From Nakamurella sp. (GTDB taxonomy: Bacteria; Actinomycetota; Actinomycetes; Mycobacteriales; Nakamurellaceae), in the NCBI GenBank assembly GCA_050999445.1, contig JBPCPG010000275.1, forward strand, positions 1-62,821: a DNA stretch of 62,821 nucleotides, in the 5' to 3' direction. Shown one piece after another: positions 1 through 8,100 of the stretch. The first letter of the stretch is position 1, and the number at the start of each line of letters is the position of its first letter. The position numbers were made by a program, and so were the translations under genes. The notes beneath the pieces are model-generated. The model searched no databases. It saw nothing but the letters and a program-made list of their open reading frames with translations, and had not been told where the DNA came from.

Positions 1-719
1 CGCCACGACCTCGGCTGGCACAACGTGCAGCGGCAGCGCCACACCTCCCGGTGGGCCAGTGCGCCGCTGCGAGCCACGGCGCTGAGATGGGTGGCGACGA
101 CCTTGCCGTCGGTCCACCGCGCCCCGGCCGCCGCTTCTGCCAGCCAACCTCGAACGAGCAGTGCCATCAGAGTGATTCCGCTCCAGCGTGCCGATACGCA
201 GGGCGGACCAGTGGCTGTGGATGCCGGTGCCGATGCTGAAAAATGCTGCAGTGATCAGGAGCACGCATTCAGTTCCGATCACAACTGACCGGGCGTGTGC
301 AGCCATTGGGAAACACTCCTTCTTCTCATGTCTCGTCGGAAGAAACCTGCGACAGGTTTAGGCGTAACCGGGCCGCCGCCGCGTTGGTCGCCCAAGGTGA
401 GGTGTCGTAGAACAGCCGGCGCACGCGGGGCCGCCCCGTGCCGCGCTGGTGCTGCTCGAGGGGATCCGTCGGTTCCCTCACATCTTACCCGTATCGCCGT
501 ATTACTGGTTGTATGGTGATACGGCTCCTGTGTGGCCGAGCGCAAGGCTTCGTCGGGGTTTTGTCCAAACGTCCGCCGGCGCTTGAGCGGCGAAGCCGCC
601 CCAGGATGCTCGCTCGTTTGTGGCCCCATTCGGGGACCCGCGGTACCGGTGCTGTGTTTCATCGCCCTCTAGTGCGCAGAGCCACTCCGTACCGCCATCG
701 GGTGCTGAGGTGGTGCCAT

Positions 720-747
720 CGCAGTTCTGTCCATCTGTGAGGCCGGC
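720..747 (+). repeat. 28-bp direct repeat, copy 1 (CGCAGTTCTGTCCATCTGTGAGGCCGGC)
   Basis: Matches 56660-56687 with one mismatch. Confidence 0.85.
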
Positions 748-917
748 GCACCCACCGCTGCCGGCAGTGCGGGTAGCTGCAGACCACCAAACTGTTGATG
801 GGGTAACGCTCGATCTCGGGTAAATCGCAGAGGTGCGGTACAGCAGTCGCACGGGGTGACTCAGGCAAAGATTTACCGATTTGCCGTATCAACGGCAATA
901 CAGATTGCCGGTAGGGC

Positions 918-1511
918 TCAACTCGAGGTGACATCTAACTCGATGACTCCGGCCTCGGCCAGCGATATCAGGTACCGGTCCGGGTTGGCGTTCCGCAGCC
1001 AGAGGATGTTGCTGGGTGATTGGACGTCACCGTCGATCCCGGACAGCGGCGGTCGTCGGTCGGTGTACGGGTAGTAAATGCCCTCGAGCAGGACCAGTGG
1101 GACGGGGGAGTCCCACCTCCGCAGATCGGCTGGCAGGTTGGACAGATCCATGGTCAGGATCTGCTCCTCCTGGTCGCTGAGTTCAGTCCCTTCTTGGTCT
1201 GCCGTGACGATGAGGCCGGCGATTATATTCGGCCGGATCTGGAGGGCGTGCTCGGCGCGAAGTTGTGCTCGGCCGGCGCTGTCTGCGTCCTGGTACTGCG
1301 GGATCCAGTACGCCAGCAGATCGTCTGCGGTTTCGGCGTACACCATGGCCTGGCCGGGATCTGTCCAACAGAACCGGTATGGCTGGCCGGCGGCCGTCAG
1401 TGGGGCGACCTGGTCACAGTGGTGGTTGCGGGGAAGCAGGTAGGAGAGGCGGCTGTGGTCGTAGGGGATGACCGTGATTCCTGGTGTGGGTTCTGTTGTG
1501 GGGGTGGTCAT
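918..1511 (-). CDS. Hypothetical protein
   Basis: ORF with GGAGG RBS before ATG at 1511 (MTTPTTEP); protein-like composition. Confidence 0.7.
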   Translation of the reverse strand: MTTPTTEPTPGITVIPYDHSRLSYLLPRNHHCDQVAPLTAAGQPYRFCWTDPGQAMVYAETADDLLAYWIPQYQDADSAGRAQLRAEHALQIRPNIIAGLIVTADQEGTELSDQEEQILTMDLSNLPADLRRWDSPVPLVLLEGIYYPYTDRRPPLSGIDGDVQSPSNILWLRNANPDRYLISLAEAGVIELDVTSS

Positions 1512-1613
1512 GGTTGGCCTCCGGGTGCGGAGAGGATCCGCGTAGATGTCAATCTTACGCGCATTGCCGTAAATAGGGTGGTACGGCAATACGGCAATAA
1601 GGGGTGAATTTGG

Positions 1614-3998
1614 TTAGATGGCGGATCGCTGCCCGCTGCGGTTCATCAGCCCGGTTGCCCACAGTCGCGTGATCTGCTGTTTGTCTTCATCGCGGCGGAA
1701 CAGTTCGTCGATCAACCCCCGTACTTGCTGGGTTTGGTCGGCGAAGTCGTGGTGATCGGGATTGAGCTGCCCTCCTGCTGGTCGTGGGCCGGTGAAGGTC
1801 AAGGATCGGTTTCTCGAGCTGTAGTCGACCAGGGCTGCGGACATCTTCACCTGGGCTTGAATCCGGGATGCGTCGAGCGACCCATCCCAGAGTCGGAACT
1901 CGATGCGGGAAGCTGCTGCGTGATTGTCCGTCGACCGCCCGGCGATGTGGGCGACGTTCACGTAGGTGTAGCGGTGTATTTGGCCCTGCAAGTCGGTAAT
2001 CCGGGTGTAACCCTGCATCGGTGGTTCACGCAGGGGCCGTGCGTATTCAGATCCGCGGCCGTGTTCGGTGGTGGCCATTAGGTGCAGGTCGGCTTGGTTG
2101 TGGTGCATGAAGCGCATGAACCGGGTCATTTTGGCGGCCATGCCGGCTTGGTCGGCTGCGCTGATGGTGACGTGGGATCCGGTGGCTGCTGATGAACGGC
2201 CTCCATTGCTGGAGATGATGCTGCAGGCCTCGCGTAGCCGCTCCCACGTCTCAGGTCGGTCACTCATGATGGGGGTGACGACTTCGCCGGCGACCGATCC
2301 GTCCTGCTCGAACGTCCATCCGCCGCGTAGGTTTCGTACATAACCGCTGCGCTGCGCAGTGTGGTAGCGGTTAATGTGGGGGGTGCTGGTGAATTCGGCT
2401 GCGTGCAGTGCTCGCCCGATTTGGCCGGCTGTGGCAGTGGCGCGGTAGCTGTCGTATTCGAGCTCGACGCCGAACTCCCGTTCGGCCCCGAACCCGTACA
2501 TGACGGGGTGATCTTCGCTGCCGGTCATGAAGGGCACCCGTTGATCGGCCGGGCTGTCCATGACGGCCCTGACTGCGGCGGCGAAGCGAGCGGGATCTTC
2601 GGAGTAGCGGAACGTCGACCGATCCGGAGCTTCAGGTAACAATGCCGCCGATGCTGGTCTGGTGTGCGCCGACGGCGTAGCGGCGGACGCTTCTGCCGCC
2701 AGGGCGGCCGCGGTGCCTGTGGCGACCTGTTCGCGGTGCTGGTGAACCGCGGCGGTGAGCTGGTCACGTAGTGCGCCGCTGACTTCATGGATGTGCCGGC
2801 ATTGCCCGGGGTAGTTCGCGTGGTCGGGGTCCGTACATCTAGCTCGTGAGCTGTTGACCACCACCTGGTCGTCCTCATCCAGGGTGACCATGAATTCGCC
2901 GATGAGTGGTCGGGGATCATCGTCCAAGACCGGAATTGTGACGTATTCACCGCGGTCGGTGTGCTCCATGAGGTTTGCGACGTCGGGTAGCGCGTCGATC
3001 CTCAGTGCGGTCGCCGAGCGGCCCTCGGCGCCTGGCACCTCAAGAGTTTGAAGGTCCCCGGTCGTCGACCGCAGGTAGGCGTCTTGGACCACGGCGGGGT
3101 CCTGGTCGCGGTGCTGGCAGATGTGGTTGGCCCCGGTGTACTCGCCGCAGCTGCTGCAGCGGCGCCGGATGCCGGCGGCGGCTGCCTGGGCGGCGTCACG
3201 GTACTGATGCGCTCTGTTGTTCTGTAGTTCCGCCCGAAATACTTCGACCGGCCGGGATCCCTCTTGGATCGATGCGGCAGTGCTGCTGCCGACGTTGCGG
3301 TAGGTCAGCCACATTCCGTCGGTGGTACAGATTTCCAGCCGCTGCGACTCGGGGTGATAGCCGGTGACGCTGATCTCGGTGGTGGTGACGCTGGGGGCGT
3401 GGTGGTCGCTGATGAGTTCGTGACGGCCGTCGGGGTTATCCGTCCGTCCGGCGACCGCGGCCAGCCCGTACCGGGTTCGTGGATCCAAGGGCAGCCCCCG
3501 CCAGCGTTGCCGCTCCTCGTCGCTGGGCCACTCTTGGCGTCCGCTGGGTGCGGCGGCGCGGCCGGATGCATACAGGTTCTGAACTTCCTGGTCGGGTACT
3601 CCAAGCCGGGCACCTTCGGTAGCCAGGTGGTCCTCCAGGATCCGGGCCGCTTGGATCGCTCGAGTCCTGATTCGTTCGGCGGCGTAAATCATGTCCGCGG
3701 CTGGCGGGGCGTCTGCCGCGCCGATTCTTCTGAGAAGTCCGGCTCGTCGTTGGGGCCGCAGCCCGGGGTGAGTGTTCACGGAGCTCTCGAGTTGGTTGCG
3801 CAGTGTTCGCCACTGCTCGCCGGTGTCATTGGTGGTGTCGGCCCCGTGGGGGGATTCGCCCGAGCCGTGGGTGTGGGCTCCGACGTACTCGTGCCTTAGC
3901 TGGTGGATCAGGGACTGGATCTGGTCGTCCTCCAGACCTGAATCGATGCGGGCCAACCCCATCGGCACATTCATGCCCGGTGTTGATCTGCAGCTCAT
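1614..3998 (-). CDS. Putative amidoligase (COOH-NH2 ligase type 2) with N-terminal KTSC-like domain, Zn ribbon and SWIM-like finger
   Basis: FGVELE, WTFEQDGSV, GEVVTP, TGSHVT and RIEFRLWDGSLD motifs; GYHPESQRLEI...YRNV (KTSC-like); CSSCGEY..HIC; CTDPDH..QCRHI. Start MSCRS follows an RBS. Confidence 0.8.
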   Translation of the reverse strand: MSCRSTPGMNVPMGLARIDSGLEDDQIQSLIHQLRHEYVGAHTHGSGESPHGADTTNDTGEQWRTLRNQLESSVNTHPGLRPQRRAGLLRRIGAADAPPAADMIYAAERIRTRAIQAARILEDHLATEGARLGVPDQEVQNLYASGRAAAPSGRQEWPSDEERQRWRGLPLDPRTRYGLAAVAGRTDNPDGRHELISDHHAPSVTTTEISVTGYHPESQRLEICTTDGMWLTYRNVGSSTAASIQEGSRPVEVFRAELQNNRAHQYRDAAQAAAAGIRRRCSSCGEYTGANHICQHRDQDPAVVQDAYLRSTTGDLQTLEVPGAEGRSATALRIDALPDVANLMEHTDRGEYVTIPVLDDDPRPLIGEFMVTLDEDDQVVVNSSRARCTDPDHANYPGQCRHIHEVSGALRDQLTAAVHQHREQVATGTAAALAAEASAATPSAHTRPASAALLPEAPDRSTFRYSEDPARFAAAVRAVMDSPADQRVPFMTGSEDHPVMYGFGAEREFGVELEYDSYRATATAGQIGRALHAAEFTSTPHINRYHTAQRSGYVRNLRGGWTFEQDGSVAGEVVTPIMSDRPETWERLREACSIISSNGGRSSAATGSHVTISAADQAGMAAKMTRFMRFMHHNQADLHLMATTEHGRGSEYARPLREPPMQGYTRITDLQGQIHRYTYVNVAHIAGRSTDNHAAASRIEFRLWDGSLDASRIQAQVKMSAALVDYSSRNRSLTFTGPRPAGGQLNPDHHDFADQTQQVRGLIDELFRRDEDKQQITRLWATGLMNRSGQRSAI

Positions 3999-4131
3999 GG
4001 TGACCCCTTTCGGGTGATCCGGATGTGGACGGATCAACGGTAGAGCCGCCACCGAAAACCGATAACCCGGGAATACGGTTTAACGCGGCAGACCGGTGCA
4101 TGTACATCTCGCGTGAAAGCTCATGACCAAA

Positions 4132-4297
4132 ACCGGTAAAACCGGTAAGCTCAGAACCATCACCGCAGGTCATCAGGCCAGTAGGAGCGAATTTGGGGAC
4201 CGGTAAGCCACCGGTAAGCCGATCCGGCCCAAAGCCTGTTGTCGCAGCTCAAAGGCAATTTTTGGGCTTACCGGTTTTGAGTGGGGCAAACCGGTAA
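4132..4297. repeat. ACCGGTAA iteron-like cluster, candidate replication origin or operator
   Basis: ACCGGTAA at 4132, 4141, 4199, 4210, 4290 and inverted at 4268, in relatively AT-rich intergenic DNA next to tpg/tap. Confidence 0.6.
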
Positions 4298-4463
4298 ATT
4301 CCGTGGCTGGAACTACTGGGGCCTCAAGGTGGCTGCCGGCCAGGCGCACTCAGCGGTCCAAACCGAGCTACGACAAGCGGGTGGCGGCCAGAGCCTCAGA
4401 AGAGCGCGAGGTGCGCGGGCCGGTGCGGGTGCCAGCAGGTTGCGGCCCGGAGGGCGGAAAGAC

Positions 4464-5177
4464 CTACCGGTTGTAGAGGAAGGACAGCAGGGCTGTTTGG
4501 TCGCCGCGGAACTGCCACTGGGTTTCGGGGTTGCCCATGTACTCGGTGGCCATGGCCTCACTCAGGGCGTCCAGCGCCGCAGCCGGGCCCTCGGCGTAGA
4601 AAGCATCCAGGATCGATGCCATGGCGGTCGGGGACAGCTGGAGGTCGATGGAACGTCGTTTGATCGCGGGGGAGCTTTCGATGACGGGGCCGGCGACACC
4701 CTGGAATTTCAGGCGTGCGCCGCGCTGGCGCATTTCGGCGTCTCGACCTTCGTGGATCTGCCGTCGTCGGTACTCGTCGGTGTCTTGGTTGCGCTGCACC
4801 GCGGCCGTGAACGGATCGGCTGCGGCTGGTGGAACCCGTTCCTGCTGGGCCCAGCGGCGGATTGTGCGTTCTGATCGGCCCAGACGTTCAGCGACTGCCC
4901 GGGTACCGCCCAGTTCAGTGATCTGGTCGCGCACGCTGCTAGCGGCGGGGCCTCGCGACTCATCCACAGCCTGCCGGAACTGACTGGCGGCGCCCCCTCT
5001 GCGGGGTACGGACTCACGCTGTGCCCAGCGCCGAACAGTGCGTTCCGACCGGCCCAGCCGCTCGGCGACCGCCCGGCTGCCGCCCATTTCGCGGACCTGG
5101 TCACGGACACCGGAAGGTCGAGTCAAGCCCTGCCTGAACTGCGTCTCAAGGCGACTGGGAGGGTCGGGGGAGGTCAC
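4464..5177 (-). CDS. tpg: Telomere terminal protein, Tpg-like, with tandem duplicated HTH
   Basis: LTRP, two copies of GG.RAVAERLGRSERT.RRWAQ, and a C-terminal RR.I.L.L.P....ILDA...G..AL..A...Y pattern like Streptomyces Tpg; start overlaps the tap-like stop. Confidence 0.75.
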   Translation of the reverse strand: MTSPDPPSRLETQFRQGLTRPSGVRDQVREMGGSRAVAERLGRSERTVRRWAQRESVPRRGGAASQFRQAVDESRGPAASSVRDQITELGGTRAVAERLGRSERTIRRWAQQERVPPAAADPFTAAVQRNQDTDEYRRRQIHEGRDAEMRQRGARLKFQGVAGPVIESSPAIKRRSIDLQLSPTAMASILDAFYAEGPAAALDALSEAMATEYMGNPETQWQFRGDQTALLSFLYNR

Positions 5178-8100
5178 GGCTGCTCGGCTTTAGGCACCAG
5201 GGGCAGTACCTTCGCCAATCGTCCGCTGGCCAACGCCTCACGGATCTGATCGGTGAGCGGCGCGGTACGCGACACCTTGAACTGGCCCAGAGCCCCACCG
5301 AGTTTGAGTGGAGTGGGCAGCGCGGTATCGGGGTGCGGGTCGTCGGAGAGGTAGAAGACCTCGTCGGTGGAGATCGCCACCGGCCACATATCGCAGGTCT
5401 GTCCGGCTGAGCGGATCTTGCGGAGCAGGTTGGCGTTTGCGGTACCGATGACCGCGAGCCGCCAGTCCGGGCGGTACAGAGGGCTCTTGGCCTGACCGTC
5501 CTCGGCTCGGGCGAATCGTCCGGTCATGGCGGTGTACGTCACCTTGATCGCCCGAAGTAGCGCCTCGCCGTTGGGGTCACCGGCCGCAATGGCGTCCATG
5601 GCCGCGGCGCGGCCATCGCGGATGGTCTCGTACCACCGGGAGAAGTACCTACGGGTGGTGGCCGGCCAGATGAAGGCCTCCAGGATCTTCGGGTCGTACC
5701 CGATGTCGTAGAGGTATCTGATGACCGGAGTTGTGTACCAACCTGTCGTTCCGGCCAGCGACCCACCTGGGCGGCAGATGTCGGGCAGCCGCCGATCGTC
5801 GTGCTCACCTGGGGTGATTCGCCAGAGACCGGCGATCTTCTTGTCGAAGGCGGCCCCCTGCTTGTGATGTGTCGGGTCGCCCACGCCGACCTCGACCGCT
5901 CCCAGTGCGGCCAAGTACATCGCGTTGGCATCGAAGGCGTGGATGTAGCCGCGCCGCGACTCCTCGATCTCCGGGCTCCGGCACCACAGCAGTGCGCTGC
6001 TGGGGACGCGACCGGGATCTTTCAATGCGGCGGGCGGCGCGACGTAGGTGGTCGCGGATAAGGCTCGGGGAGCCGAGCGCAGAGCCTGGAGCAGTGCCAA
6101 GCCGGTGGCGCCGCCGGATGCTCCCCACGTGATGCCCAGGGTGTCGGCGATGCTTTGTGCCCGGCGAGCCAGCTCGTCGGGCCCTGGCTGACCGTGCGTG
6201 AGTACCTCGGAGGTATCGAACAACCTGGCCAGGGGCAGCAGGACCAGCTGAAAACTTGCAGCGGGGTGCTCGTCGGTCTTCGTCCGCCAGATCCGGGTCC
6301 AGATCCGCAGGCGCCCATCGACAGAAATGTTCCAACCTGCCGCGATAGCCGCTTGTGCCGCGCCGGCCCCGGCCTCGCTGACTGCCGTGGAGATGGTCTC
6401 CATGTCCGCGTCGGCCGCGACCTCGGGCAGCGTGATACCGAACCGGCTCAGGCCGTCGATGGTGATCAGCAGCTGACCGGGGGAGGGCAACACGTGAGTG
6501 CTCCCGCCGTGGCCGATTCGCAAGGTGGCGGCCAGGTCGGCCAGGTCCGCCAGGCCGGTGATGGTCGCCGGATCCAGATAGACCCGGGTGCCGTCGGGCA
6601 TGACCAGTTCGTCCTCGGTGACGACCGCCGCGGCCGCTGCCCACCGCTCACCATCAGCAGTGGCGGTAGATGGGGATTGGACAGAAATGGGTGCCGGTGT
6701 CGGGGGCGACGCTTGCACTGCAGCTGGCCCGGCTGCTGGCACCGGCGCGGCGGCGATGTCCTGCGGGTGAGCGGGCTGCGACAGGGTGATCGGTTCTGCC
6801 GGAAGCTCGCAGCAGGGATGCAGCGGGATGCCGTCGTAGCTGAAGATCGTCGGTTCTCCGCAAGCAGTACAGGGCATGTCGGTCGCGAGCACGGTGGTGT
6901 CGATCTGCCCCGTTGCTGGATTGACCTGCACGTCGGCCTCCTCGTCGGCGGAGCTGCTATCGGGATCCGGACGGGTCTCATCCGCCTCGAGCGGCTGCTC
7001 ATCGACGGCCGGCGGCTCGTCGGTCTGATCCGGTTCGGCGAAACCGCTGGTGGTATCCGGCTGCGGTTCCGGTGGGGTCGGCTCAGGTGTCACGGGGGTA
7101 GGAGGGTCGATGCCGAAAATGGCGTCGGCGTCTAGGTCCCACATGCGCCGTTGGCCCTCGCCGGTATGAGGGTCGGGTACGACGGCGGTGTAGCGGCCCT
7201 GTTCGGTGCGCAGGTATCCCGCATCGGCCAGGCCTCGTTGGATGACGGTGCGTCCGGCCATCAATGGGCTGCCCTCACGGGACAGAACACCCAGGATTGC
7301 CGCGACGGTGGCGCTGGGGTCCATGTGCATGCGGTGACCGTGGCCGGTCTGGACCATCACACCGGCCCACTCGCCGCGCGCTTCACAGCGGAAGAACTCT
7401 TCGCCGGTCTTGTGGTCGACGCCGGTGTCGACTCGCCGCCAGCCCACCTGCAGCGCTCGTGGGTAGGAAGGTGTCAAGCCCTGGGGGAGGCTCAGATGAA
7501 TCCGACCGGTGGACAGGGCAGAGACCAGGGCGGTCTTGCAGATCTCCGCGACCGAGCTGGGCGAATCGGGATCGATGCCGCGGCGGCCCGCTTCTCGCAG
7601 GGCTTCCCGGACCTCGGAGAGCATCTGGGTGGCCTCAGCGTCGCTGTAGGCACCCACCGCCGTCAGAAACTTGGCCATGAGCTCCCAGCCCACGGCCAGC
7701 TCGGCCAGCGGCTCGGCGACCCGATCGGCGAACCCGGCGGCGCGGTGTTCCTCGGAGAGCTCGGCGACCCGGGCGGTGGCCCATTCCTTATGGCCGGGTA
7801 GGTCCTGGGCCATCCAGGCCACCATTGAGGACATGACCAGGTTCCGGCCGTAGCGGGACTCCGGACGGCTCATGTCGATGATGGTGGACAGATCCAGCTC
7901 ACCCTTGGCCAGGTCGACGACGTTGATCCGTTCCTGGGCCGAGACGTTGGATGCCTTGACCTCTGAGGTGGCCAGCAGCGTTCCTCGAGCGAACTTGGCG
8001 GCGTCCTTGACGTCGTCGGTTTGATTGTCGTGCCGGTCCCGTCGCTCGGCGTTGGCCTGTAGTCGGCCGACCTCGGCCAGAAAGACCGCTGCCTTTTCCG

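Noticed and set aside
1-288. Partial CDS or telomere at the left edge
   Set aside because: No recognisable motifs and no clear set of telomeric palindromes
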